A DNA stretch of 56,481 nucleotides. It comes from Candidatus Hodarchaeota archaeon (lineage in GTDB: Archaea; Asgardarchaeota; Heimdallarchaeia; Hodarchaeales; Hodarchaeaceae). Both the position numbers and the translations under genes were made by a program. The DNA is taken from positions 1 through 56,481 of the forward strand of contig JAEOTM010000033.1 in the NCBI GenBank assembly GCA_016839815.1. Reading direction: 5' to 3'. The notes beneath the pieces are model-generated. The model saw only the letters and a list, made by a program, of their open reading frames with translations. It was not told the DNA's origin and made no database searches. The stretch's first letter is position 1, and every line of letters begins with the position of its first letter. This document shows positions 37,787 to 47,897 of the stretch, one piece after another.

Positions 37787-38815
37787 ATGTCATTATTGAA
37801 AAGGTTATTCCGACGAAGAGAGAAAGTCAAAGATATCGAATCGAAAGAGCTCATAGCGGAAAAATTAATTACATTTATTGGGCTTGGTATGGCGGGAAAG
37901 ACTACCATACTACAAAGACTCCGTACAGGGGAGTTTCATGGTAATTCAATTAGAACCATGGGTTTAAATGTTGATTCATTTGAATATCGGGATGTAAACT
38001 TCCAAGCGTTTGATCTAGGAGGTCAAGAAGCCTTCCATATGATATGGGAGGACTATTTACGAATTGCGTCGGCTATTGTTTACGTTATTGATTGCTCCTC
38101 TCCAGAAACTTTTGAAGAAAGCAAAGCTGCACTATTCAATGCTCTTCCCAATATCAAACCAGGTGGTATTTTGCTAGTAGCAGCAAATAAGGCAGACCTC
38201 TCAGGAGTCGATCCTTATGTCTTATTATTGCAACACTTTGACCTATATGAAATACAGCAAAAAGGACAATTTAAAGCGGTCAATATCTTCCACATGTCAG
38301 CTAAATCTGGTGTAAATTTTTATCAGGCATTTGATTGGTTAATTGAGACCTTAACAGGAGAAGTGATTCTCCCCAAAATTAATATTCATAACGTCTGTAT
38401 ATATAAAACTGAATCTGGTTTACTAGTTGGAACAAGTGCTAAGGAAGAAGAGGTTACATACGATCCTTCTATGTTGACAAGCATGTTTACAGCGGTAAAC
38501 ACGTTCGCCCAAGCTTCATTAGGTGCCGGGGTTAGAGAAATACTCATGAAACGTACTGGTAGCTCTGAATTAGATGAGAACTATAAATTGGTTCGGGTTG
38601 AAGAATCTGATTTCTCGGTTATTCTCATTGTTGATGAATCTGACTCAATGCGAAAAAGCCTCAAGATTGGAAAAGATTTACTTAACTGGACAAGAATACA
38701 AAGATCATCTATTGATGAGGAAACATTTTTAGAAACCATTGATGAAACAGAAATTCAAATCTATCTCAAATTGAAGTATCCAGATGATTTTAGAACAATA
38801 AAAGTCTCATCATAA
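37787..38815 (+). CDS. Arf/Sar-like small GTPase fused to a C-terminal longin domain
   Basis: G1 GLGMAGKTT, G2 RTMGLN, G3 FDLGGQ, G4 NKAD, G5 SAK; amphipathic N-helix MSLLKRLFRRR; longin HNVCIYKTESGLLV...MLTSMFTAVNTFA. Confidence 0.85.
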   Translation: MSLLKRLFRRREKVKDIESKELIAEKLITFIGLGMAGKTTILQRLRTGEFHGNSIRTMGLNVDSFEYRDVNFQAFDLGGQEAFHMIWEDYLRIASAIVYVIDCSSPETFEESKAALFNALPNIKPGGILLVAANKADLSGVDPYVLLLQHFDLYEIQQKGQFKAVNIFHMSAKSGVNFYQAFDWLIETLTGEVILPKINIHNVCIYKTESGLLVGTSAKEEEVTYDPSMLTSMFTAVNTFAQASLGAGVREILMKRTGSSELDENYKLVRVEESDFSVILIVDESDSMRKSLKIGKDLLNWTRIQRSSIDEETFLETIDETEIQIYLKLKYPDDFRTIKVSS

Positions 38816-38862
38816 GAAAATCTGATTAGCACCTAATATATAGTGTAAGTTTTCTACTCGAT

Positions 38863-40461
38863 CTATCTTCGGTTCATTCTCCTGAACCATTTCTTATTCT
38901 GTTTGTAGAGATTCTTGAATTCCGTAAATAAATCGTCGTAAAGTCTACGATGGTCTGGATTTGGAATAAATTCTTTATCATAATGACAGCACTGTTTTAC
39001 TTCATCCAAACTCTGGATTTCTCCTAAAGCCATTTTAGCGATTAACGCAGAACCTAATGCCCCTGCTTCTTGAGGATTTTCAACTCGCCTTATTCTTCTA
39101 TTCATAATATCGGCATATATTTGACACCATATCTCTGATTTTGCTCCTCCTCCTATAATTGAAAGCCACTCTACTTTTGAATAAAGGTTTTCAACTGTCT
39201 CAAGAGCCCATCGAGCATTTAACGCTACACCTTCAAAAACAGCCCTCAACAAATGACGTCGATCATGATCTAAGGAGAGATTAATTAAACCACCACGGAC
39301 ATGATCATCATCTAAGGGACATCTTTCCCCATATAACCAAGGCATAAACATCAAATATGTCCCACCTGCTGCTTTTGCACCAGGAGGACAATCTGAAACT
39401 AATTCGTCAAAGATTTCATAGATTTCCTTTTTCTCTTTGGATTCTAACTCCTCCTTAAAATAAAGAATATTATTTTTAGCCCATTCTAATGCGGAACCAG
39501 CAATCTCTTGATGACCTGTCACTAAATAGAATTGATCAGCAAATGCAGATCCCGTACAACCCGTGTAATGACTAATATCAACCTTTCTTTCAGAAACGTG
39601 GCCAGCTACCCAACCTGATGTTCCAATTTGGCAGTGAAGTTCTCCATCCAATACTGCACCTGAACCAATAGCGGCGGTTGTCATATCTCCTGCCCCATTG
39701 GCTACAGGAATGCCAGGAATTAAGCTTAAATCCGCAGCAGCCTTTTCAGACAATGGCCCGATAATATCGGTTGGTTTCCTCAATTCAGGCAACTTCTCCA
39801 TATCAATCCTAAAGGTCTTACATAATGATTTCGACCATTCATTCCGAGGTTTCCCTTTATCTTTTCGAGAATCCATTAACCACCAGATATAAGCAAGATC
39901 GGTAGAAGTTGCCATCTTCCCAGTCAATAAGAAAATAACATAATCCTTGACATCTAAAAATTTGAAAGTATTCTGAATAATTTCTGGATGGTTTTTTTGC
40001 AACCATAATATTTTAGGTATAACATCTTTCCCTGCCAAACCTGGAGATCCCCCTGTTATCTTCAGAAACTTTCTAAATAAACGGTAGGGGTTATAACCCA
40101 TTACTCGTGGCCAAGGCCACAGCTTGGACATCATTTCTGCACCTCGACCATCTAACCAGATCATACAATTCATTAGTGGTGTTCCAGAAGAATCTACGGG
40201 AAGACATCCCTGCATTTGTGAACTAAATGTAATAGCACTAATTTCAGAAGGATTTGTATTAGTCTTTTCCACTAGATCTCTTGTAGTATATGTTAGTGTT
40301 CGCCACCAATCAGCTGGATTATGCTCTGCATAACCTGCTTTAGGGTAGATAGTCTGATAATCCATGACTGAGGAATCAATAAACTCAATGTCATTGGAAA
40401 TTAAGACTGCTTTGGTACTAGTTGTTCCCAAATCATAGGCTAAAAACTTTTTTGTACTCAA
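38863..40461 (-). CDS. FGGY-family kinase (xylulokinase-like)
   Basis: YDLGTTSTKA, WLDGRG, GAGD, IGTSGW, PWLYGERCP, RAVFEGVA, GGGAKS. Confidence 0.9.
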   Translation of the reverse strand: MSTKKFLAYDLGTTSTKAVLISNDIEFIDSSVMDYQTIYPKAGYAEHNPADWWRTLTYTTRDLVEKTNTNPSEISAITFSSQMQGCLPVDSSGTPLMNCMIWLDGRGAEMMSKLWPWPRVMGYNPYRLFRKFLKITGGSPGLAGKDVIPKILWLQKNHPEIIQNTFKFLDVKDYVIFLLTGKMATSTDLAYIWWLMDSRKDKGKPRNEWSKSLCKTFRIDMEKLPELRKPTDIIGPLSEKAAADLSLIPGIPVANGAGDMTTAAIGSGAVLDGELHCQIGTSGWVAGHVSERKVDISHYTGCTGSAFADQFYLVTGHQEIAGSALEWAKNNILYFKEELESKEKKEIYEIFDELVSDCPPGAKAAGGTYLMFMPWLYGERCPLDDDHVRGGLINLSLDHDRRHLLRAVFEGVALNARWALETVENLYSKVEWLSIIGGGAKSEIWCQIYADIMNRRIRRVENPQEAGALGSALIAKMALGEIQSLDEVKQCCHYDKEFIPNPDHRRLYDDLFTEFKNLYKQNKKWFRRMNRR

Positions 40462-40476
40462 TAAATCACTTCACGA

Positions 40477-41847
40477 TTATAAATAGTCAATAGCTTCTTC
40501 CAACGACTTTTCAAAAACATCCAAGATATGGTCAGAATCCTCTTGTGTGATAGTAAGAGGGGGCTTGATTTTAACCACATTTCTATACAAAGAACCTGAA
40601 TCACTTGAAATGGGTGCGGATGTTCCGAAAATTACTCCATAATCATCTTTAGCAATATCTATGAGATCGGTGACTAATGTATTCGCAGGTTTCTTGGTTT
40701 CACGGTCTAATACCAATTCTATTCCAATCATCAATCCAGGACATCTGATATCCCCTATGTATTCTGATTCTTCTTGAAGAGCTTTCAATTTTTTAGTAAT
40801 ATACGCACCCTGTTTCCGAGTATTTTCTAATAGATTAGCTCTTTCCACATAATTCAAGAATATCAAGCCAGAGGCAAACATTAACGGATTAGCTCCAAAA
40901 GTTGAGTGTTCTTCAGCAGAATTAAAACCAGTTAAATCGTCACGACTAATGGTAACGCCCATCGGTAAACCACCACCAATTGCTTTTGTTAGACACGTAA
41001 TATCTGGTTTTACTCCGTCATAATACTCAGAAGAAAACCAATATCCAATCCGAGTAAGAAGTTGAGACTCATCCCAAATTAGGAAGATGTTATTTTTTTC
41101 AGTCCATTTTCTTAATTCTTTAATATACCTCTGAGGAGCAGGAATATGACCGCCAGGACCTTGAATTGGTTCCATTAGAATACCAGCTACCTTATCCAAC
41201 GAACCATATTCGATAAGATGTTTTGCGATCTCGAGACATTCTAAATTGCATGATTTTTCGTCTTGACTAGCGGGGCATCTGTAACAGTATGGAAAAGGAA
41301 TTTTTGATACTCTATCGAACCCCCAAGGGCGGAAACGGGTTACTCCTGCAAATCGTGTAGCTAAAGTCATCGTTGCTAATGAACTTCCATGGTAACCTCT
41401 TGTATAGGAATAGAAAGTCTCTGTTCCTGGATTGTTAATCATTGCTAATTTCAACGCGGCCTCAATAGCTGCTCCACCTCCCATCGCATTCACAGCAATT
41501 TTCGTCATCCCTTTAGGAGTAATAGAGGCAAGTTTATGGATAAAATTTATCCTAGGAATGGTAGGAAATCCATACCGAACATGGGTTAACCTTTTTACTT
41601 GTTCCGATACTCCATAGGCTACATCTGGATTGGCAAAACCTATGTTTGACGTCCAAGCTTGGCTGGTACAATCAAGAAATTCTTTTCCTGAATGATCTTT
41701 TAAATACACTCCTTTTCCTTCAATAAATACCTGATCATAAAACGGAACAAGACTTTTTTTGTGAACTGTCTTTAAATCTTCTTCTGTAAGTGACGTAATC
41801 CATTCAAGGATTTCTTCATCCTTAAATAACCTTTTTTGATTTTCCAT
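40477..41847 (-). CDS. Class III PLP-dependent aminotransferase-family enzyme, possibly a phospho-lyase
   Basis: GYHGSS, EPIQGPGG, WDESQ, PDITCLTKAIGGGLP, HSTFGANP, NVVKIKPPL. Confidence 0.85.
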   Translation of the reverse strand: MENQKRLFKDEEILEWITSLTEEDLKTVHKKSLVPFYDQVFIEGKGVYLKDHSGKEFLDCTSQAWTSNIGFANPDVAYGVSEQVKRLTHVRYGFPTIPRINFIHKLASITPKGMTKIAVNAMGGGAAIEAALKLAMINNPGTETFYSYTRGYHGSSLATMTLATRFAGVTRFRPWGFDRVSKIPFPYCYRCPASQDEKSCNLECLEIAKHLIEYGSLDKVAGILMEPIQGPGGHIPAPQRYIKELRKWTEKNNIFLIWDESQLLTRIGYWFSSEYYDGVKPDITCLTKAIGGGLPMGVTISRDDLTGFNSAEEHSTFGANPLMFASGLIFLNYVERANLLENTRKQGAYITKKLKALQEESEYIGDIRCPGLMIGIELVLDRETKKPANTLVTDLIDIAKDDYGVIFGTSAPISSDSGSLYRNVVKIKPPLTITQEDSDHILDVFEKSLEEAIDYL

Positions 41848-41870
41848 TCTGAATTTCCTGCCTTTAAAAC

Positions 41871-41911
41871 GTAAAAAAGTGGGAGTAGTTACAGAGAATC
41901 CACTTTTTTAC
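41871..41911. repeat. 12-bp perfect inverted repeat with a 17-nt loop upstream of the aminotransferase gene
   Basis: GTAAAAAAGTGG (41871-41882) pairs with CCACTTTTTTAC (41900-41911). Confidence 0.75.
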
Positions 41912-41993
41912 CTTAAGAATTTTTCCACCCTCACTATCGAGAAGTACCAAAAAGAATCCCCCCACATCTGCTGGTTTCTTTAACACGTCAGTA

Positions 41994-42374
41994 TCATTCA
42001 CGAATTCGTTCTTTCATAGAAAAGGGAATATCTCCATACTGCTCAGTTAAGAGCTGTGTAAATCGTAATTTATATTTTCCAACAGGTAAGGGTTGGTCTC
42101 TAGGAAAACGAAGAATTGCTAGCGTTTTTACGCTGAATTGAGCAGGATTTTGTTCATTGATTTTTTTATTCTTAATCACTTCATCGTTAATTATAACCTC
42201 AAAATCCTTATACTTTTCTTTTCCCTCAATCGTGTCACCTTTTATCTCGAATTTAATCGAATCAATGATAGTTGCGTCACTGATAGAATTCTTCATCTCT
42301 AATTGAAATCCCCCAACAACGTTTTTCAACGATTTCTTTACAAACAAGGTCCTCAATAAATCTTCATTTACCAT
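41994..42374 (-). CDS. Small beta-sandwich hypothetical protein
   Basis: 126-aa ORF in the operon (LFVKKSLKNVVGGFQLEMKN...GKYKLRF). Confidence 0.7.
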   Translation of the reverse strand: MVNEDLLRTLFVKKSLKNVVGGFQLEMKNSISDATIIDSIKFEIKGDTIEGKEKYKDFEVIINDEVIKNKKINEQNPAQFSVKTLAILRFPRDQPLPVGKYKLRFTQLLTEQYGDIPFSMKERIRE

Positions 42375-42454
42375 ATTAGTTCACTTAGTTAAGACAGTTT
42401 GTTGAATGAGACGTAAGAAATAATATAATAATAAAAAATTAACGGGGAAGAGGA

Positions 42455-43651
42455 TTAAAAATCGATTTCTTCCCCATTAAAGAAAGAGTTGTAGATCTTC
42501 ACGTAGTCCTCATAATCTACTCGTCTTGGGTTGGAAAGGGTACCAGAGTCATTAAGGGAGAAATCAATTACAGCCTCAATATTTGAATCATATTCCTCTT
42601 TCGATACTCCCATATCCTGCAAAGAGACAGGTAATTCCAGTTCGATTAATAACTTCTTAAACGCTGCTATTAAATTTTCAGTTAATTCCTCATTTGAACC
42701 GTCCTCTAATCCAACCCCACGAGCAAGATCCGCAATTCGCTCTGAAACTGCATTTCGATTGTACATCAGTGAATACAAGCAGGAAGCACCAATACACTGG
42801 GAATGAGGAATTTTCCATGCCGCTCCTATCGTATGACCTAGTGCGTGGCCTAATATAATTTGCGAATTTCCAAAACCCCATCCACTCATAGTTGCTGCAT
42901 TATGAAGCTTTTCCCTAACTTCATACTCAACCTCACCAGCTTTAGCCTGTTGATATGCTACTGGAATATTTCTCCATAATAATTTAAATGCATGAAGGAG
43001 TAATGCATCTGAAAAATCATTTGCCCAAGTGCTAAGATAACCCCCCACAGCATGACTTAATGCATCCAACCCAGTACCTGCGATTAGATGAGGAGGAAGG
43101 GTTTTCGTTAAGATCGGATCCAGAATCGTTATGTCAGCAACCAATTCACGATTACCAAAGGAGGCTTTACGCTCCGTATCAGAAGATTTATCTGTTAAAA
43201 CCGTTCCCCAAGTAACATCTGAGCCAGTTCCAGACGTAGTAGGAATATTTATAAGAATACACCCAGTTTTTTCTCGAAGTTTTAGTTCAGCAAAAGGATT
43301 TAACCCCTCAATGGCATCCATTCCATCTTCAGGTGAGGCCCACATTGGCCACATCCCTTTTGCAGAATCCATTACACTTCCCCCTCCTAATGCAATAATT
43401 ACATCTGGATGAGCTTGAGCTAGCTGTTTAGCTCCTTTTTCCACAACTTGAAGTGAGGGTTCACCAAGAATTTCATCAAAAATGGTAATTTTTGTTTCAG
43501 CTGCTTTTAACTGCTCCTCTACTAAAGATAGATGTAATTTCCTCATAACAGGATCTGTTACAATAAAAGCATGTTTGAAAGTCTTTTCAGAAAGAAATTC
43601 TAAGGCATCTTCACCAAATATGACTTTCCGAGGAGAGGTAAAGTCCCACAT
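42455..43651 (-). CDS. Iron-containing alcohol dehydrogenase
   Basis: ALGGGSVMDSAK, PTTSGTGSD, GLDALSHA, HALGH, PH metal ligands. Confidence 0.92.
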   Translation of the reverse strand: MWDFTSPRKVIFGEDALEFLSEKTFKHAFIVTDPVMRKLHLSLVEEQLKAAETKITIFDEILGEPSLQVVEKGAKQLAQAHPDVIIALGGGSVMDSAKGMWPMWASPEDGMDAIEGLNPFAELKLREKTGCILINIPTTSGTGSDVTWGTVLTDKSSDTERKASFGNRELVADITILDPILTKTLPPHLIAGTGLDALSHAVGGYLSTWANDFSDALLLHAFKLLWRNIPVAYQQAKAGEVEYEVREKLHNAATMSGWGFGNSQIILGHALGHTIGAAWKIPHSQCIGASCLYSLMYNRNAVSERIADLARGVGLEDGSNEELTENLIAAFKKLLIELELPVSLQDMGVSKEEYDSNIEAVIDFSLNDSGTLSNPRRVDYEDYVKIYNSFFNGEEIDF

Positions 43652-43664
43652 TACTTATGTTCTC

Positions 43665-44093
43665 CTAGGGATATTCTACGTTTTCGATCATTGTAGTGCA
43701 TTTCACTAACTCTTGGGCTGCTTTCAGTGCACGCATTAGCTTGGCCATTGATCTCGCTGAGCATTGTACGTCGAATTTTCGCTGCATAATTCCTTTTAAC
43801 GGTCCAATCTTCCCATCAAATAGCTTTAACCAATTTCCATACTTCCCCGCATATGTATATTCCACTTTGTCTGGGGCAGGTCTCTCAGGTGTAATTAAAT
43901 AGGCATCACGACACTTACCATGCCATAAATCGCAATAAATACTTGTTTCTTCAGTAAGTGTCCCTGTACCATCTGGTATCGTCTTGAAAATGAAGTCACC
44001 TTCCCAGTTTTTCGCTGCTTTTTCATATGCTTCACTTTCATTTATCTTCTTGACAAGTTCTGCAACCCATTCTTTTGAACCATAAACTACCAT
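43665..44093 (-). CDS. SCP2 sterol/lipid-binding domain protein
   Basis: YGSKEW...INESEAY...WEGDF...DLWHGKC...W..L.DGK..P.KGIMQRK. Confidence 0.8.
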   Translation of the reverse strand: MVVYGSKEWVAELVKKINESEAYEKAAKNWEGDFIFKTIPDGTGTLTEETSIYCDLWHGKCRDAYLITPERPAPDKVEYTYAGKYGNWLKLFDGKIGPLKGIMQRKFDVQCSARSMAKLMRALKAAQELVKCTTMIENVEYP

Positions 44094-44307
44094 TTGTATT
44101 TCCTTCTAACTTCTATTTTATTGCTTTTAACGATCTACATCCCTGAAATATTGAGCAGATCAGAATCTCTTTGAAGATTAATTTTGAAGTTTATAGACTT
44201 TCCTTAGGATAATCAATGCAAAGCTCAAGAATAGGCCTAGATTTTTAAGTAGAAAAAATACAGAGAGTGAATAACTGATTAAATTTTGGTTAACGAGTGT
44301 AGATACA

Positions 44308-46170
44308 ATGTTTGGATATATGGGAAAAATATTAAGAGTGAATTTGACAACAGGACAGATTTCAGAAGAAGTTCCAAATGAAACTGATTTAAAAATGTTT
44401 TTAGGAGGAGCTGGGTTGGCATCGAAATATTTATTTGATGAGGTCCCTAAAGGAGTTGATCCATTGGGTCCTGATAATAAATTGATCTTTATGACTGGAC
44501 CAATGACTGGAACGTCCTCTCCCAGCACCGGAAGATTTTCTGTTGTAGCGAAATCACCTCTAACTGGATTTTGGGGACAAGCTAATTCAGGAGGATTTTG
44601 GGGTAGAGATTTTAAACGATCGGGATATGACGGAGTAATATTTGAAGGAAAAGCAGAAAAACCTGTTTATTTAGTAACGGATAATGGGAAAGCAGAATTA
44701 CGTGATGCATCCCACCTTTGGGGTAAGAGTACTTCTGAAACAACGGCAAAAATTAAGGAGGATTTGGGAGAAAAGTTCAATGTGGCTTGTATTGGAATAG
44801 CAGGGGAGAATCAGGTTAGGTATGCAGCTATTATGAATGATGTTGATGAGAAGTATTGGGGAAGAGCTGCTGGGAGATGTGGGCTGGGAACGGTTATGGG
44901 GGCAAAAAACCTCAAAGCTATTGCTTCTCAAGGACGGATTCCTATAGAAATTGCCGAAGCAGAAGAATACCGCAAAAAAGCACGAGAAAGGTTTGATTGG
45001 GTGAACCAAAGCCTATTGAAAGTAACCCTTGAGGTATTTGGAACAGCTGCCATCCTCGATATGGTTAATCAAAGAGGAGGCTTGCCTTCACGAAATTGGC
45101 AAACAGGATATGTCGAACAATACGACCAAATAAATGGTGAGGCAATAAATGACACCATATTAGTTGGAGAAAAGGCTTGTTTTGCCTGTCCAATTGCCTG
45201 TGGTCGAGTTTCCGATATTAAAGACGGAAAATATAAATCCAAGGGAGAGGGGCCAGAATATGAGTCCATTGGTGCTTTCGGGAGTATGTGCGATATTTAC
45301 GATTTAAATGCTATTACCAAAGCTCACTTCCTCTGTAACGAATATGGAATTGACACGATTTCTGCGGGAGCAACGATCTCATTTGCCATGGAAGCTGTCG
45401 AAAAGGGAATCTTAACTGATACCAAAGGATCTAATATTAAATTTGGTGACCCTGATGTTATAATTGAGTTGATAGAAAAAATAGCTAAGCGAGAAGGTAT
45501 CGGCGACTTTTTAGCAGAGGGATCAAAAGCTATGTCGGAAACTCTTGGACAAGGGAGTGAAAAATTTGCAATGCACGTAAAAGGATTGGAGTTACCAGCC
45601 TATGACTCACGAGCAGCAAAAATCACTGGTTTAGCATATGCTACTGCTAATCGTGGAGGAGATCACATCACAGCGTATATTGAAGGACCAGCATTCATGT
45701 CCATGCCTTTTCTGATTGTCGATGAAGGAGAGGTTGATGAGGATGGACTCAAAGAAATCCCAGAAGAAGCACGAGTTGTGAAGGAATATGAAGATGCTTT
45801 TGGAGTTTTTGATGCACTTTCTGGATGTAAGTTTATGGGGATGGTATTAACAGGAGAAGATTGGGCCGATTTAATCCAAAGTCTGCTCGGGTATGAATTT
45901 ACTGAAAAAGATTTTAGACTGTTAGGAGAACGCATTTACAATATTGAAAGAGCATTCAATGTCCGGGAAGGACTCACAAGGGATGATGATACATTACCAG
46001 GAAGATTGTTAGAGGATCCCTTACCAGATGGACCAGCGGAGGGGCAAGTTGTTAATCTAGATCCAATGTTAGATGCCTATTACCAATATCGTGGTTGGGA
46101 TGATAATGGTAAACCTACTGCTGAAACGTTAACGAAGCTAGAACTAAATTGGCTTATAGATAAGATGTAA
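44308..46170 (+). CDS. aor: Tungsten aldehyde:ferredoxin oxidoreductase
   Basis: GYMGKILRVNL, AKSPLTG, GRAAGRCGLG, CFACPIAC, GPEYE, GIDTIS, RGGDH. Confidence 0.93.
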   Translation: MFGYMGKILRVNLTTGQISEEVPNETDLKMFLGGAGLASKYLFDEVPKGVDPLGPDNKLIFMTGPMTGTSSPSTGRFSVVAKSPLTGFWGQANSGGFWGRDFKRSGYDGVIFEGKAEKPVYLVTDNGKAELRDASHLWGKSTSETTAKIKEDLGEKFNVACIGIAGENQVRYAAIMNDVDEKYWGRAAGRCGLGTVMGAKNLKAIASQGRIPIEIAEAEEYRKKARERFDWVNQSLLKVTLEVFGTAAILDMVNQRGGLPSRNWQTGYVEQYDQINGEAINDTILVGEKACFACPIACGRVSDIKDGKYKSKGEGPEYESIGAFGSMCDIYDLNAITKAHFLCNEYGIDTISAGATISFAMEAVEKGILTDTKGSNIKFGDPDVIIELIEKIAKREGIGDFLAEGSKAMSETLGQGSEKFAMHVKGLELPAYDSRAAKITGLAYATANRGGDHITAYIEGPAFMSMPFLIVDEGEVDEDGLKEIPEEARVVKEYEDAFGVFDALSGCKFMGMVLTGEDWADLIQSLLGYEFTEKDFRLLGERIYNIERAFNVREGLTRDDDTLPGRLLEDPLPDGPAEGQVVNLDPMLDAYYQYRGWDDNGKPTAETLTKLELNWLIDKM

Positions 46171-46184
46171 TAACCAAAGGTGTT

Positions 46185-47867
46185 GTGAATATTGTGACTA
46201 CTTATGCTGACCAACCCTGGTTAAAGAGTTACTTTGTTGGGCCTATGAAGCTACCTAAAACCATGGCCCCTTATCCTGAAATCTCAGTCTATAAATTCCT
46301 TGAAGATTCCGCGTTAGAATATCCCGATAAAATTGCATGTGAATACTTAGATCAAAAATTAACCTATGATGAACTAAAACTTAAGGTTGACAAATTAGCA
46401 ACAGCATTTGCAGATTTAGGAGTAATGAAGAATGATAAAGTTGCAACAATACTCCCTACCTGTCCAGAATTCATAATCGTAGATTATGCACTCATGCGGC
46501 TGGGTGCGGTTCATGTACCCCTTTCAATTCTTCATAAAGCACCAGATCTATTATATGAATTAAATGAATCAAAAGCAACGACCGTAATATGTTCATATCG
46601 GCGTCTCGAAAGAATAGAAGAAATTAGAGACAGAATTTCAATTAAAAACTTGATCTACTCTCCAATTCCACTTTTTCCAGACTATGAAACTCCAGAAGTG
46701 CAAGGAAGCCCGGATGCTCTTAGATTGGAAGATCTAATCGAGAAATATGATCCCAACCCTCCCGATGTTACAATAAATGCCAAAGAAGATCTGGCTCTAC
46801 TTCCTTTCACAGGTGGTACAACTGGAGTTCCCAAAGGAACGATGTTATCCCATTATAACATCACATCTAATGTAATCCAATCGTTACAATGGTTTTTACA
46901 TCCTCTTGAGCGGGGAGTCAAGGGGAAATCTGCTACCTTAATTTGTGTACCTATTTTTCATCAGTACGGTCATTGGGCGATTCATGCGTCAATTTCTTGG
47001 GGCATGAGAATGGTTTTGGTAGATGCACGGGACATAGATCGAATCGCTGAGCTAGTCAAAAAGGTACGTCCATTCTCAGTCTACGGAGTACCAACACATT
47101 ATATGGAACTATTACAGAAAGATATCAAAAAAATGCCAATTGTATATATTTCAGGAGCAGCAGCTTTACCACCCGATGTAGCTGATAAATTTGAGAAGAA
47201 AACAGGTGTACCCATGACAGAAGGATATGGTATGACAGAAACAAGTCCGTTAACGCATATAAATCTATCAGCTATATCCAAAGTTACACGTTTCATGACC
47301 AAAGTTAAACGGGGAATTGGCGTTCCTGCTCCAGATACTGAAGTGAAACTTGTTGATCCTGATACTGGAAAAGAAGTACCCTTTGGTGATGAAGGGGAAA
47401 TCTGGGTACGTGGACCACAAGTAATGTTGGGATATTGGCCTGAAAAGGGAAAAGGGTTACAGAAGAATGGATGGTTAGCAACAGGGGATATAGGGAAAAT
47501 GGATGAAGATGGCTACTTTCAGATAGTTGATAGAATTAAAGACATGATTAATGTGTCAGGGATGAAAGTCTATTCCCGTGTGATTGATGATGCCCTTCAT
47601 ACCCATCCAGCTATCCGCATGGCGGGAGTTATTGGACTCCCAGATCTCGATCGACCTGGAAGTGAACGAGTAAAAGCATTTGTGATCCTCAGAGATAGAG
47701 ATAAAGGTTCAGTAACTGCAGAGGATATTCTAGAGTTTTGTAAAGAGACACTTCCTCCTTATGCTGTTCCTAAACAAATCGAAATTCGTGATTTTCTCCC
47801 GCTTACTCGCGTCATGAAGTTAGATAAAAAGAAGCTCAAAGCAGAAGAGACTCAGAAAGCTCCCTAA
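46185..47867 (+). CDS. Long-chain fatty-acid--CoA ligase (AMP-binding)
   Basis: FTGGTTGVPKG, EGYGMTETSP, TGDIG, DRIKDMI, YAVPK. Confidence 0.9.
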   Translation: MNIVTTYADQPWLKSYFVGPMKLPKTMAPYPEISVYKFLEDSALEYPDKIACEYLDQKLTYDELKLKVDKLATAFADLGVMKNDKVATILPTCPEFIIVDYALMRLGAVHVPLSILHKAPDLLYELNESKATTVICSYRRLERIEEIRDRISIKNLIYSPIPLFPDYETPEVQGSPDALRLEDLIEKYDPNPPDVTINAKEDLALLPFTGGTTGVPKGTMLSHYNITSNVIQSLQWFLHPLERGVKGKSATLICVPIFHQYGHWAIHASISWGMRMVLVDARDIDRIAELVKKVRPFSVYGVPTHYMELLQKDIKKMPIVYISGAAALPPDVADKFEKKTGVPMTEGYGMTETSPLTHINLSAISKVTRFMTKVKRGIGVPAPDTEVKLVDPDTGKEVPFGDEGEIWVRGPQVMLGYWPEKGKGLQKNGWLATGDIGKMDEDGYFQIVDRIKDMINVSGMKVYSRVIDDALHTHPAIRMAGVIGLPDLDRPGSERVKAFVILRDRDKGSVTAEDILEFCKETLPPYAVPKQIEIRDFLPLTRVMKLDKKKLKAEETQKAP

Positions 47868-47897
47868 GATTTTGACAAATATTCTAGAGGGATTCAT

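Noticed and set aside
37455-37944. ORFs 37455..37640 and 37657..37944 between the uDENN and GTPase genes
   Set aside because: No recognisable motifs; one overlaps the GTPase out of frame; the region is more likely a divergent promoter.
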